Shown here: one piece after another, positions 36,928 to 47,816 of the stretch | Numbering within the stretch: position 1 is the stretch's first letter | Layout of the letters: every line of letters starts with the position of its first letter | Assembly (NCBI GenBank): GCA_963787125.1 | Contig: CAWBBV010000004.1 | Location: forward strand, 133,192-197,191 | Direction of reading: 5' to 3' | DNA: 64,000 bases | Source of the DNA: an uncultured delta proteobacterium | GTDB lineage: Bacteria; Desulfobacterota; Desulfuromonadia; Geobacterales; DSM-12255 | The notes under the pieces: model-generated | Told to the model about the DNA's origin: nothing | What the model saw: only the letters and a program-made list of their open reading frames with translations | Databases searched by the model: none | Program-made: the position numbers and the translations under genes

Positions 36928-36990
36928 TGCTGCTCCTCTTCATGCAAAAATATCCAAATCTGCAGCAATACTGCCGCAGGAGTTCGCATC

Positions 36991-37664
36991 TCAGGCCAAC
37001 TCTTCAAACTTGTAGCCGACACCATACACCGAGTGAATCAGCTCCTTTAGCGCAGAGACATCGCTAATTTTCCGGCGCAGTTTCTTGATGTGGCTGTCAA
37101 TGGTCCGGTCAGATACGATCCGCTCATCAGGATAAATTCTGTCCATCAGCTGCTGGCGATTGTAGATCCGTCCGGGATTGACGGCAAGGAACTGCAGCAG
37201 TTTGAACTCAACTGCGGTCAGGTCAAGTTCAACGCTGTCAAGTGTTGCCCGGTAGCAGGCTTCGTCCAGCTGCAGTCCGGTCAGCTGACTTGCCGAATTT
37301 TTTTCACTCCGGCGCAGCACCGCTTTTACGCGGGCAACAACTTCCCGCGGGCTGAACGGCTTGCAGATGTAGTCGTCAGCGCCCAGTTCAAGCCCGAGCA
37401 GACGGTCGATCTCTTCAATTCGCGCCGTAACCATGATGATCGGCACGCTGGAAAACGTTCGTATCTCCCGGCAGATTTCCAGACCGTCCCTACCCGGCAG
37501 CATCAGGTCGAGCAGGATCAGGTCCGGAGAGTGCTGCCGCACAAGAGCGACAACCTCTGCGCCGTCAGCAACGTCAGGGTCTCGAATCCTGACTGCTGCA
37601 GGTATTCAAGCAGCAGCTGGGCCAGTTTCTGCTCATCCTCAACGACCAGAATCTTTCTGTTCAT
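36991..37664 (-). pseudogene. baeR: BaeR/OmpR-family response regulator with an apparent 1-nt deletion near 37573
   Basis: MNRKILVVEDE begins at 37664 in one frame; DGAEVVALVRQHSPDLILLD continues in another. Confidence 0.8.
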
Positions 37665-39113
37665 CCTCTCCCCTCCGCCAGCGGCAGTGAAACTATTATC
37701 CTGACCCCTCCAAGGGAACGAGTGTTCTGCAGTGATACTGCCGTCATGAGCAGCAACGATATTTCTGCAGATTGCCAGGCCGAGACCGGCGCCGCCGCTG
37801 TTACGGCTGCGGGATGTTTCAACCCGGAAGAGCCGGTCGAAAAGTCTTTCGATGTCGCTGTCAGCAACTCCGGGAGCAGAGTCTTCCAGCACAATCTCGG
37901 CAACGCCGGCGGCACAGGTCATGGTCAAAACTACTGTTCCGCCCGGATCGGTATACTGCCGCGAGTTGGCGAGCAGGTTGCCAAAGAGCTGCTGAAGGCG
38001 GGCAGCATCAGCAAAAAGGATCACTTTTTTGTTCTCGGGGAAGTGGACCGCAATGTTGATGCTCCTGGCAGCAAACTCATGCCTGTATGAAGCGAGCAGT
38101 GCTGTTAAAAGGTGAGACAGGTCAAGTTCTTCTTTGCGGTAGGTGAGCGCACCGAGATCTGAAAGCGAGAGCTGGTAAAGGTCGTCGACCAGCCGGCTGA
38201 GGCGCATTACCTCATAATGCAGCGAATTAATCGCTTCCGGATTCAGCGACCGTACCCCGTCCTGCAGCGCTTCGATCTCCCCTTGGAGAATCGCCAGCGG
38301 CGTGCGGAGCTCATGGGAGATGTCCGCCACCCATTGCCGCCGTGACAGTTCGTTCTTGCCTAGAGTCAGAGCCAGTGAATTGAAGTCACGGGCCAACTGT
38401 CCCAGTTCATCGGTGGATGTCACCGGCAGTCTGCCGGCGTAATCACCGCCAGCAAGGCGGCCATGGGCATCTGCCAGAGCGCGTAGCGGCCGGATCAGTC
38501 TGGTGGCGAGCGGCAAAGAGAGCCCCGCTGCCAGCAGGATGATTATGGCCGCAATAATGGCAAAGGCGGTTTTCTGTTCCTGCAGAAAGCGGAGCTGGCG
38601 CTCGTCCGAGAGCCGCTTGTGAGGTAACAGACCGACATAGCCGATAACTGTTTCACCCTGTTTAAGAACCCGGCATTCGGCGTTGGCAGGGATAGTCACA
38701 GCTGCTGTCAGCGAATTTTTAGACGCATCGAGAAGGAAGACTCTGGAGGCAAAGCCACGCCCCATGCGAGGCGGCAGCGGTGGCGGCCGGTCCGGTCCCC
38801 GCTGCGGATGGCGGCCCGCATCTCTTCCCGGTGAGGGGGCAAAAGGGCCGGAATCCATCTCTGCCTGGGATGCGTCAAGAAGGCTTTGCCAACCGCCGGG
38901 AGTGCGCTGCAGAAAATCCCAGCTCCCCTCTCTGGCGTAGCTTTTCTCCAGAACTTCGGCCAGAGTGGCGATTCTGCTCTGTTCAAGACTATTGGCATAG
39001 CGGAGAAACCCCCTGTCCAGGCTCCATTGCAACACCAGGAACATACTGATGACCGAAAGGAGTGATGCTGCCACTATTGCCAGGAAAAGCCGCTGTTTTA
39101 TGCCAATTTTCAT
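37661..39113 (-). pseudogene. baeS: BaeS-like sensor histidine kinase with an apparent 1-nt insertion near 37719
   Basis: SHELRTPL and GAGLGLAI; expected C-terminus LGGVRIIVSLPL is out of frame and ends in an ATGA overlap with the regulator. Confidence 0.8.
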
Positions 39114-39296
39114 ACTGATACCTTTATTTGTGCTGTCTTCTTTTTAGCATATCTGCATCCTTCGAGTTCACAATCTTTCTGCAGAGGACCATATTTCCTT
39201 ATTTCTTCCACATTTCCGTCACATTTGCCTGCTATACCTTGTTTTACACAAACGGCAGCTTCGCCAGTTGCCGAAAAACGAAAAGGGGGAACTATC

Positions 39297-39815
39297 ATGA
39301 AAAGGAAGATTTTGTTTGGTGCCTTACTGCTGACAATCATAACGGTCGGCAGCCACACTCAGGCTGCTGCGGGCACAGGGAAAAAGTCGAATTGTGACAA
39401 GGGGTGTGATTGTCGTTCGAATGAGCCCGAGAAGCGAGGTGAAGGTTTTTTGAAGAAAATGGCCAAGGAACTCAACCTGACGGCGACGCAACAGGAGCAG
39501 ATCAAGTCGATTATCACTGCTGACCGGGAAAAGAGCGCCCCGTCACGGGAGAAGCTGCATGAAGCAGGAAAGCAGCTCCACGAAGCCGCCTCAGCCGAAA
39601 AGTTTGACGAAGCCGCAGTGAGGGCTATCGCCGTAAAGAAAGCAGAACTTGAAATTGAGCTGACGGTCTCCCGGGCAAAAATCAGAAACAGCATCAATGC
39701 TCTCCTGACCCCGGAGCAACGGCTAAAAGCCGAAAAAATGCGACCTCAAGGGAAGGCTGGTCGGGGGATGATGCCGCCGCCTGAAGATATGCCGCGGTTT
39801 GGGCTCCAGGAGTAG
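39297..39815 (+). CDS. Spy/CpxP-family periplasmic chaperone
   Basis: LNLTATQQEQI and LLTPEQR (LTXXQ) motifs; signal peptide. Confidence 0.9.
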   Translation: MKRKILFGALLLTIITVGSHTQAAAGTGKKSNCDKGCDCRSNEPEKRGEGFLKKMAKELNLTATQQEQIKSIITADREKSAPSREKLHEAGKQLHEAASAEKFDEAAVRAIAVKKAELEIELTVSRAKIRNSINALLTPEQRLKAEKMRPQGKAGRGMMPPPEDMPRFGLQE

Positions 39816-39841
39816 ACGGTTTTTTTATGAGCATCATAAAG

Positions 39842-39880
39842 CAGCCCACCGAAAAAGTCGGCGGGCTGTTTCTTGTTTTT
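39842..39880 (+). terminator. Intrinsic terminator
   Basis: CAGCCCACCGA/TCGGCGGGCTG stem followed by a T-rich tract. Confidence 0.6.
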
Positions 39881-40029
39881 GGCCACCACAAATGCATTGC
39901 AAAGTCCAATGCAAGCTGGCCGGGTGTCCAGTCTGCCCCGGATTTCGCACAATAGCCTGGTAGAAGTTTTCATTTGAGTTGAGAATATGTCGGTGTCGAT
40001 TGTTTTATGAATTACAGCCTGCAGCAGTA

Positions 40030-40290
40030 CTATGGGTGATAATGCCGCACTAAAAAATCTATCAGCGTTGCCTTCTCGGCTGCATTTAAGCTGGCACCTT
40101 TTCCCATCATATTATTTACGGTCTGCCCCCACTCCTCTTTCGTTGCATGTGCTTTCTTAACTCCAGTTGGATGACATCGACCACATCTGGATTGCAACAG
40201 ATCATACCCCGGTTCACCTTTACCAATATTGTCTTTGCACCCTGTCATTGCTACGGCAGTAATTGCCATCACCATAATAACTTTATTCAT
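40030..40290 (-). CDS. Monoheme cytochrome c lipoprotein
   Basis: Lipobox MTGC; CGRCH heme motif. Confidence 0.85.
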   Translation of the reverse strand: MNKVIMVMAITAVAMTGCKDNIGKGEPGYDLLQSRCGRCHPTGVKKAHATKEEWGQTVNNMMGKGASLNAAEKATLIDFLVRHYHP

Positions 40291-40554
40291 CTCAAGCTCC
40301 TTTTGAAGTAATTATCAAATATAGCATCTATCATATGTGATAATTCAATGCCACAAAAAAGACCTTATAAGTCTTTTTTGTGGCAACGCAGTATCTATGT
40401 ACTGTGGTGTGCTAACGAAGAAGCTCTGCTGACTCCATAACAGGTACTTATTTGCCCCAGCTTTGGTTCCTGTGGGGATGAATCTGGTCTGTTTTATGCG
40501 CCAGGGCAGAGTTAGTAAGCGGACCACAAGTATATGTGTCTGCGTCAGGAAATA

Positions 40555-40585
40555 AAAAAAGCACTTACGAGTGAACGTAAGTGCT
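40555..40585 (-). terminator. Terminator after tRNA-Arg
   Basis: AGCACTTACG/CGTAAGTGCT stem with a T-tract on the minus strand. Confidence 0.75.
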
Positions 40586-40592
40586 CTAAAAT

Positions 40593-40669
40593 TGGCGCGC
40601 TTGGAGAGATTCGAACTCCCGACCTACGGATTCGTAGTCCGTTGCTCTATCCAGCTGAGCTACAAGCGC
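40593..40669 (-). tRNA. tRNA-Arg (ACG)
   Basis: GCGCTTGTAGCTCAGCTGGATAGAGC...CTACGAA...GTTCGAATC...CGCGCCA, 77 nt. Confidence 0.98.
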
Positions 40670-40877
40670 GTATTTACTTGATATTGTCCGTTTAGGTTGA
40701 CATTCTGCCAGAATAGCCATTAATCTGTCACAAACAGAACGATATAATTAACAGACTGCTGACTGAAATGCAATACTCTTTTAGCAGGCCGGAAGATATT
40801 TTCTGTGGTTTTGGGGCAGGAAATGACTGTTTAAAGTAATATTCCTGTTTATCATGGTTCGGAATGTGGGTGGCAAA

Positions 40878-41549
40878 ATGGGATATCTCTCTTTCAATAT
40901 ACAGATTGAAGGCAAATTAATAATTGTGGTGGGCGGCGGCAGGGTTGCAGAAAGAAAAGTCTGTAACATTATACCTGCCGGAGCTTTACTGACGATCATC
41001 TCTCCGACGTTGACCTTCGAATTGCAGCAGCTCCGTGACAAAGGCATTATCAACCATTTAGCAAGAAAATATCAGTCCGGCGATCTTGCTGGCGCGTTCA
41101 TGGCAATTGCCACAACCGATGATCGGGAGATAAACCGCTGCATTGCTGTTGAAGCGGAGAGTCTCGGTATTCTTGCTGAAATCACCGACAATCCGGCAGC
41201 GGGCAATGTTACCTCCCCGGCAATAATCCGCCAGGGAGATCTCTCCATAGCAATTTCCACCAACAATCTTGCGCCGGCGCTCTCCGCAGTTATAAAACGG
41301 GAACTTCTCCCGCTTTTTGGCCCGGAATACGCGCAGAGTCTCAGGTTGTTGGGTCTTGTCCGTGAAAAGCTGTTGACGAATGGCGGGGGCAGTACGTACA
41401 ATAAGCGGGTTTTGAGCGAATTGGCTGAAACTCTTCCGGCGCTGTTTGTATCCGGAGCAAAAGAAGAGATCAACAGCCTGCTGCAAAAACATTTTGGTAA
41501 AGATTTCACGCTGTCAGCCTTTGAATCAGGATTCGGAGATAATCAATGA
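40878..41549 (+). CDS. sirC: Precorrin-2 dehydrogenase/sirohydrochlorin ferrochelatase (SirC/CysG N-terminal type)
   Basis: VVGGGRVAERK; start uncertain (40854 or 40878). Confidence 0.88.
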   Translation: MGYLSFNIQIEGKLIIVVGGGRVAERKVCNIIPAGALLTIISPTLTFELQQLRDKGIINHLARKYQSGDLAGAFMAIATTDDREINRCIAVEAESLGILAEITDNPAAGNVTSPAIIRQGDLSIAISTNNLAPALSAVIKRELLPLFGPEYAQSLRLLGLVREKLLTNGGGSTYNKRVLSELAETLPALFVSGAKEEINSLLQKHFGKDFTLSAFESGFGDNQ

Positions 41550-42361
41550 ATGTCTCTCTTTTTTATATCACTTTCGGGATCTACATGGCAGCCACAGTCT
41601 GTTATCTGATCTATCTCGCCAAACCTGCCGATCTTCTGGGAAAGATCGCCCGCCGGCTTATTATTGGCGGGTTTACCGTCCATATCGTCTTTACCGTATT
41701 TCGCTATATCGAGGCCGGGCACACGCCGATCACGAATCTTCATGAATCACTCTCTTTTTTCAGTATGGCAGTTGTCGGCGTCTTCATCTTTATTGAGCGT
41801 CGCTTCAAAATCACTGTCCTCGGCTCTTTTGTTGCCCCGGTCGCGCTGCTGCTCTTGGCAGTTTCGTCGCTGTTCCCTTCAGCCTTAACGCCACTCAATC
41901 CGGCCCTCAAAAGCAAATGGCTCGTCATTCACACTGTTGTGGCGTTTCTCGGTTATGCCAGCTTTGCCGTGGCCTTTGGCGCGGCAATCATCTATCTGAT
42001 GCAGGAGCGGTTTCTCAAGAAAAGGAGGCTCGGTGGGCTTTTTCAGCGACTCCCTTCTCTGGATACGCTTGATGAGATCAACTACCGCTGCCTGACTTTC
42101 GGTTTTCCGCTCCTGACCGTTGCCATCATCTCCGGGGCGATCTGGGCGGAAACAGCCTGGGGAACCTACTGGAGCTGGGATCCGAAAGAAACCTGGTCGC
42201 TCATCACCTGGTTTGTCTATGCAGCACTGCTTCATGGCAGACTCACTACCGGTTGGCGGGGTAAAAAGGCTGCAATTCTGGCCATTATCGGTTTTTTTGT
42301 CATGCTGTTTACCTTCCTTGGGGTTAATCTGCTGATGCCGGGACTCCACAGCTACAAATAG
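41546..42361 (+). CDS. ccsA: Cytochrome c biogenesis protein, CcsA/ResC family
   Basis: [13 protein letters not shown] (WWD) motif. Confidence 0.92.
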   Translation: MNVSLFYITFGIYMAATVCYLIYLAKPADLLGKIARRLIIGGFTVHIVFTVFRYIEAGHTPITNLHESLSFFSMAVVGVFIFIERRFKITVLGSFVAPVALLLLAVSSLFPSALTPLNPALKSKWLVIHTVVAFLGYASFAVAFGAAIIYLMQERFLKKRRLGGLFQRLPSLDTLDEINYRCLTFGFPLLTVAIISGAIWAETAWGTYWSWDPKETWSLITWFVYAALLHGRLTTGWRGKKAAILAIIGFFVMLFTFLGVNLLMPGLHSYK

Positions 42362-42374
42362 GGGCAGAATTGAC

Positions 42375-43676
42375 ATGAATATAGTAGTTGTCGGACTTTC
42401 ACATAAAACTGCAAACGTTGAGATTCGGGAAAAGCTGGCATTTTCCCCGACCCAGATGGAAAAACCGCTGAAAGCCCTTTTGGCGCTGGACGGCATTACC
42501 GAAGGGATCATCGTCTCTACCTGCAACCGTGTCGAAATCTACGTCACGACCCGTGACATTGCCGGCAGCATCGCCCGGGTAAAACGTTTTCTGGCCGATT
42601 ATCACAGCTTTCCCCTTGAAACCCTTGAGCAGCATGTCTACTCCCTGCACGGCGAGGATGCCATTCGCCATGTCTTCCGGGTGGCATCTTCGCTTGACTC
42701 CATGGTTGTCGGCGAGCCGCAGATTCTCGGCCAGATCAAAACCTCCTACGGTTATGCCGCCGAGTACCGCTCATCCGGCATTATCCTTAACCGCTTCCTC
42801 CATAAAGCATTTTCCGTTGCCAAACGTGTCCGGACCGAGACCAAAATAGCCTCGTCGGCAGTTTCCGTCGCTTTTGCGGCGGTCGAACTGGCCAAAAAGA
42901 TCTTCAATGACCTTTCGGATAAAACCGTCATGCTGATCGGTGCCGGCGAAATGTGCGAGCTTGCGGCCAAACACTTTCTCAACAGCGGCGTCAGGGCGCT
43001 GATGGTCACCAACCGTACCTTCGAGCGGGCTGAGAAGCTTGCCGAGGAGTTTGACGGCAAGGCGATCCGCTTTGATGATCTCTTCGACCAGCTGCACAAG
43101 GCAGACATAGTGCTCTCGTCAACCGGCGCACCCCACACAATCATCGGCGCAGGCGATCTTGACGAAGTCATGCGCCGCCGCAGGCAGAAGCCGATGTTCT
43201 TCATTGATATCGCCATCCCCCGGGATATCGACCCGGCGGTAAATGATGTGGAAAATGTTTACCTTTATACCGTCGATGATCTGCAGGAAGTCGTCGCTTC
43301 GAACCTGCAGCAGCGCGGCGAAGAGGCAAAAAAGGCGGAGAACATCGTCAACGAAGAGATCGGCCAGTATTTCAAATGGCTCTCCTCCCTGGAAGTAACC
43401 CCGACGATTGTCGCCCTGAGAAACAGATTCGATGAGATCCGCCGGGCGGAACTGGACAAGACCCTTTCCAGCTGGAAGGATATCCCGCCGGACGGCCAGA
43501 AAAGGCTGGAAGCCCTCACCAACGCCATCATGAACAAACTGCTCCACCCCCCGACGACACTTATCAAGCAGAGCGGTCAGGGCGGGAGAACAGATCTTTA
43601 CGTTGATGCAGTCAGAGCGTTATACGGGCTGGAGATCGGCGGCGGTCAGGATGAAGAGCTGGAACTGGACGAATAA
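42375..43676 (+). CDS. hemA: Glutamyl-tRNA reductase
   Basis: [27 protein letters not shown]. Confidence 0.98.
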   Translation: MNIVVVGLSHKTANVEIREKLAFSPTQMEKPLKALLALDGITEGIIVSTCNRVEIYVTTRDIAGSIARVKRFLADYHSFPLETLEQHVYSLHGEDAIRHVFRVASSLDSMVVGEPQILGQIKTSYGYAAEYRSSGIILNRFLHKAFSVAKRVRTETKIASSAVSVAFAAVELAKKIFNDLSDKTVMLIGAGEMCELAAKHFLNSGVRALMVTNRTFERAEKLAEEFDGKAIRFDDLFDQLHKADIVLSSTGAPHTIIGAGDLDEVMRRRRQKPMFFIDIAIPRDIDPAVNDVENVYLYTVDDLQEVVASNLQQRGEEAKKAENIVNEEIGQYFKWLSSLEVTPTIVALRNRFDEIRRAELDKTLSSWKDIPPDGQKRLEALTNAIMNKLLHPPTTLIKQSGQGGRTDLYVDAVRALYGLEIGGGQDEELELDE

Positions 43677-43729
43677 AAACTGCAATTTTTTTTGTGAATT
43701 CATATCAACTGTTTAAAGGAGTTTATTAA

Positions 43730-44671
43730 ATGGCATTGTCGCAACTGAGAATAGGCACCCGCGCCAGTCAACTGGCACTCTGGCAGGCAAACTGGGTAAA
43801 AGCGGAACTGGAGAGCAGATACCCCGGCATGGAAGTGACTCTCACCAAGATAAAGACCATTGGGGACAAGATTCTCGATGTGCCGCTGGCACAGGTCGGC
43901 GGTAAAGGGCTGTTCGTGAAGGAGATTGAAGAGGCGATGCTGCGCGGTGAGATTGATATTGCCGTGCACAGCATGAAAGATGTGCCGACCGAATTTCCTG
44001 AAGGGCTGGGCCTGCACTGTATCACCGAGCGTGAAGATCCCCGTGATGCCCTGATATCCAACGGCGTGAAATTTGCCGATCTCCCCAAAGGGGCTAAAAT
44101 CGGCACGTCGGCGCTGCGACGTCAGGCACAGCTCTTAAAGGTTCGTCCCGACCTGGAGATGGTAGTTATCCGTGGCAATGTGGAAACCAGGATGAACAAG
44201 CTTGAAACCGAAGGCCTTGACGGGGTCATCCTCGCTGCTGCCGGTCTTAACCGGCTCGGTTTTGCCGACCGGATCACCGAACTGCTCCCGGTCGACCTGT
44301 CCCTGCCCGCAATCGGCCAGGGGGCGCTCGGTATCGAGTGTGACTTGAGCAATGAAGCGGTAAAAGAGACCATCGCCTTTTTCAATCATGCGGACACCAG
44401 TTATGCGGTCAAAGCGGAACGCGCCCTGCTGAAGCGCTGTGAAGGCGGCTGCCAGGTGCCGATCGCCGCTTTTGGCGAAGTGACCGGCGACCAGATGAAA
44501 CTGACCGGCTTCATCGCCTCGGTTGACGGTACCCGTACCCTCAAGGAGAGCATCATCGGTCCGGTTCACTCCTGCGAGCATCTCGGCTGTGAATTGGCAG
44601 AAAGGCTGCTGCGCAATGGCGGCAAGGAAATTCTCGAAGAAGTTTACCAACGGGAAATCGGCAGCAAGTAG
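43730..44671 (+). CDS. hemC: Hydroxymethylbilane synthase
   Basis: GTRASQLALWQ, AVHSMKD, GGCQVPI. Confidence 0.98.
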   Translation: MALSQLRIGTRASQLALWQANWVKAELESRYPGMEVTLTKIKTIGDKILDVPLAQVGGKGLFVKEIEEAMLRGEIDIAVHSMKDVPTEFPEGLGLHCITEREDPRDALISNGVKFADLPKGAKIGTSALRRQAQLLKVRPDLEMVVIRGNVETRMNKLETEGLDGVILAAAGLNRLGFADRITELLPVDLSLPAIGQGALGIECDLSNEAVKETIAFFNHADTSYAVKAERALLKRCEGGCQVPIAAFGEVTGDQMKLTGFIASVDGTRTLKESIIGPVHSCEHLGCELAERLLRNGGKEILEEVYQREIGSK

Positions 44672-44688
44672 CCGTTTCAGCTTAAGCA

Positions 44689-44721
44689 GACGCCGCCCTT
44701 TTCCGGCGGCGTTTTTGTTTT
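44689..44721 (+). terminator. Intrinsic terminator after hemC
   Basis: ACGCCGCC/GGCGGCGT stem plus T-tract. Confidence 0.7.
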
Positions 44722-44881
44722 AACTCAAAAACCAGGCAAAATCTTAACGGAACACGGTACAAGCGGAAAAATCGGATAAAAGCGGATCAAGACTAACAAG
44801 AAATTGAATCTTTTAAAGCCGGTTTTATCCGTAGGTTCTGATTTTATCAGTGTCCACTTAGGCTTTCAGGGTGCTCAATCT

Positions 44882-46420
44882 ATGAAACAGGGAATCGTAT
44901 ATCTCGTCGGCGCCGGTCCCGGTGACCCGGGCCTGATAACCGTCAGAGGAAAAGAATGCATCTCCCTGGCAGATGTGGTCGTTTACGATTACCTCGCCAG
45001 TGAACAGCTCCTTGATTTTGCCCCCCCTCATGCAGAACTCATCTATGCCGGTAAAATCGGCGGGCTTCACAATCACGAGCAGTGGCAGATCAACGCGCTG
45101 TTGGTGGACAAGGCTCTGGCCGGCAAGACCGTGGCACGGCTTAAAGGGGGTGACCCGTTCATCTTCGGTCGTGGCGGCGAAGAGTGCGAAGCGCTTCTAG
45201 CCGCCGGAATCCCCTTTGAAATAATCCCCGGGGTAACTGCCGGGATCGGTGCTGCCGCCTATGCCGGGATTCCGCTGACCCATCGCCACGTGACCACCTC
45301 GGTCGCTTTTGTCACCGGCCATGAGAATCCTGATAAAGAGAGCAGCGAGATTGACTGGGAGCGCCTCTCCCTGGGGAGCGGCACCATTGTCTTCTATATG
45401 GGGGTCAAGAACCTGCCCCAGATAACCCGCTCGCTCATGGAGCACGGCAGAGCGCCAGACACCCCGGTGGCCCTTGTCCGCTGGGGAACCAGGCCGGAGC
45501 AGCAGGTTCTTGAAGGGACTCTGCTTGACATCTCCGAAAAGGCCCGTAAAGCTGAATTCAAGGCGCCGGCAATCACGATTGTCGGCGAAGTCGTCAAGCT
45601 GCGCGACAAGCTGCGCTGGTTCGATGCCCGCCCGCTCTTCGGCAAAAGAATTGTTGTCACCCGTGCGGCTGATCAGGCCGGTGCGTTTTCCGGACTCCTC
45701 GGAGCAAGGGGCGCTACCGTTCTTGAATGTCCCACCATCAGACTCCAGCCGCCTGAATCCTGGTCAGAGCTTGACGCTGAAATTGATAACCTCGGCTCCT
45801 TTGACTGGACAATCTTCACCTCGGCAAACGCAGTCAACTTCTTTTTCGGCAGATTAGCTGCCAAAGGGTGCGACAGTCGTGCTTTTGGCCGCTGCAAGGT
45901 GTGCGCCGTCGGCCCGAAAACAGCCGCCCTGCTTGCCGCCAAAGGTATAACAGCGGATATGATTCCTGCCGATTATAAGGCTGAAGGGGTAGTAGCTGAG
46001 TTTCACCGTATGGAGATGAACGGCCAAAGAGTCCTTTTCCCGAGAGCTGACAAGGCCCGTGAGCTTATCCCGCTGGCGTTGACGGCAATGGGCGCAACAG
46101 TGAACGCTCCCGTAACCTACCGGAATACGCTTCCTGACGCTCTCCCCAAAAATGTCCTCCAGTCGCTTGAAGAACAACGGCTTGACTGCATAACCTTTAC
46201 CTCTTCTTCAACTGCCGAAAATCTGGCGGCAATGCTGGGGGAAAACAGGATGCTGCGGCTTCTCCACGGGGTTACTATTGCGGCAATCGGTCCGGTCACC
46301 GCCGCAACCTGCCGGGACCTTGGCCTCAAAGTCCATATCGAACCGGACAGGTACACCCTGGAAAATATGACCGACGAGATAGTTAAGTTTTTTAACCCAC
46401 ATAAACAGGATAATTTCTAG
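44882..46420 (+). CDS. hemD: Uroporphyrinogen-III C-methyltransferase/uroporphyrinogen-III synthase fusion (CobA-HemD)
   Basis: VYLVGAGPGDPGL, RLKGGDPFIFGRGGEE, FTSANAV, FTSSST. Confidence 0.95.
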   Translation: MKQGIVYLVGAGPGDPGLITVRGKECISLADVVVYDYLASEQLLDFAPPHAELIYAGKIGGLHNHEQWQINALLVDKALAGKTVARLKGGDPFIFGRGGEECEALLAAGIPFEIIPGVTAGIGAAAYAGIPLTHRHVTTSVAFVTGHENPDKESSEIDWERLSLGSGTIVFYMGVKNLPQITRSLMEHGRAPDTPVALVRWGTRPEQQVLEGTLLDISEKARKAEFKAPAITIVGEVVKLRDKLRWFDARPLFGKRIVVTRAADQAGAFSGLLGARGATVLECPTIRLQPPESWSELDAEIDNLGSFDWTIFTSANAVNFFFGRLAAKGCDSRAFGRCKVCAVGPKTAALLAAKGITADMIPADYKAEGVVAEFHRMEMNGQRVLFPRADKARELIPLALTAMGATVNAPVTYRNTLPDALPKNVLQSLEEQRLDCITFTSSSTAENLAAMLGENRMLRLLHGVTIAAIGPVTAATCRDLGLKVHIEPDRYTLENMTDEIVKFFNPHKQDNF

Positions 46421-46438
46421 CTTACCAAGGAGCCTATC

Positions 46439-47425
46439 ATGTTCTACCCGACATTTCGCGCCCGCCGCCTCAGAGGTAAAGAGGTTTTCAGGAAAATGGT
46501 GAGAGAAACCTCCCTCTCTGCCAATGATCTGATCTATCCGATGTTCTCCGCCTTTGGCACAGGGATCAAAAAAGAGATCTCCTCAATGCCCGGCATCTAC
46601 CAGCAGTCCATCGAAAACATCGTCGCCGAGGCCCAGGAAGCTTTTGAACTCGGCGTCCCGGCGGTGATTCTCTTCGGTATTCCCGAGTGCAAGGACGCTG
46701 TCGGCAGCGATGCCTACTCGGATACCGGCATCATTCAGGAGACGATCCGGGCGCTGAAAAAAGGTGTCCCCGGACTGGCCGTCATAACCGATGTCTGCCT
46801 GTGTGAATACACCGATCATGGCCACTGCGGCATCATCAAGAATGGCGACGTGGACAACGATTCCACTCTGGAACTCCTGGCAAAAGAGGCGCTCTCCCAC
46901 TGCCAGGCCGGCGCCGACATGGTCGCCCCGTCGGACATGATGGACGGCCGGGTCGCAGCCATCAGGGATATGCTTGACGACAACGGCTTTGACCATATCC
47001 CGCTGATGAGTTATGCCGTCAAATACGCCTCCGGTTACTACGGCCCGTTCCGTGAAGCGGCCGAGTCCACCCCCCAGTTCGGCGACCGCCGCTCCTACCA
47101 GATGGATCCGGCCAACCGCCTTGAAGGGCTGCGTGAAGCACGGATGGATGTGGAAGAGGGGGCGGACATCATCATGGTCAAGCCGGGACTCCCCTACCTC
47201 GACATCGTCCGCGACCTGCGCAATGAATTCGACCTCCCCATCGCGGTCTACAATGTATCCGGCGAATACAGCATGATCAAGGCTGCGGCGCGAAACGGCT
47301 GGATCGATGAAGAGCGGGTCATCATGGAAACCATGACCTCGTTCAAGCGGGCCGGTGCCGACATCATCCTCACCTATCATGCCAAGGAAGTCGCCAAAAT
47401 GCTGAAAAGCGGCAACTTTGCGTAA
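46439..47425 (+). CDS. hemB: Porphobilinogen synthase
   Basis: [29 protein letters not shown]. Confidence 0.98.
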   Translation: MFYPTFRARRLRGKEVFRKMVRETSLSANDLIYPMFSAFGTGIKKEISSMPGIYQQSIENIVAEAQEAFELGVPAVILFGIPECKDAVGSDAYSDTGIIQETIRALKKGVPGLAVITDVCLCEYTDHGHCGIIKNGDVDNDSTLELLAKEALSHCQAGADMVAPSDMMDGRVAAIRDMLDDNGFDHIPLMSYAVKYASGYYGPFREAAESTPQFGDRRSYQMDPANRLEGLREARMDVEEGADIIMVKPGLPYLDIVRDLRNEFDLPIAVYNVSGEYSMIKAAARNGWIDEERVIMETMTSFKRAGADIILTYHAKEVAKMLKSGNFA

Positions 47426-47442
47426 AGCGGGCTTAATTTAAA

Positions 47443-47811
47443 GTGAATAAGCACCTGCAGCTACAACGGCGACTGAACATCTCCGCAGTTCTGACCCTTG
47501 CCTGCGGAGCAGTCGCCTCAGCCGCAATCTATCTGACGGCTTCAGTTCAAGAACAGAACTCCCTGGTCAGTGAATTCCGGAATTCAAAGGCTTACCGCCA
47601 CGAGCTTGAAGCCTATGGTGGCAAGCTGAGCGTCGTTTCAGATGAGTTGACCAGCTGGTTCAGCTCCCTCTGGTAAGGGGAGGAACTTGCCGTCACCGTT
47701 GCAGCTATCGCAGCAGTGATCGCCCTGCTGCTTTTCTGGCTTGCCAGGAATGTTCCCGCAGCTCTGCCGGCTGAAACTGATGAGATCCCGGATACGAAAG
47801 TAAAAGGTTGA
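47443..47811 (+). pseudogene. Small 2-TM membrane protein with a premature TAA at 47674-47676
   Basis: Frame continues after the TAA with a second TM helix (GEELAVTVAAIAAVIALLLFW) to TGA at 47811. Confidence 0.6.
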
Positions 47812-47816
47812 AATTG

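Noticed and set aside
37518..39113. Genuine hybrid kinase-receiver fusion
   Set aside because: The fused receiver part is only about 32 aa, and the native ATGA overlap of two separate genes is still visible
40593..40669. tRNA-Arg as an island integration site
   Set aside because: No duplicated tRNA 3' end or adjacent integrase seen in the window
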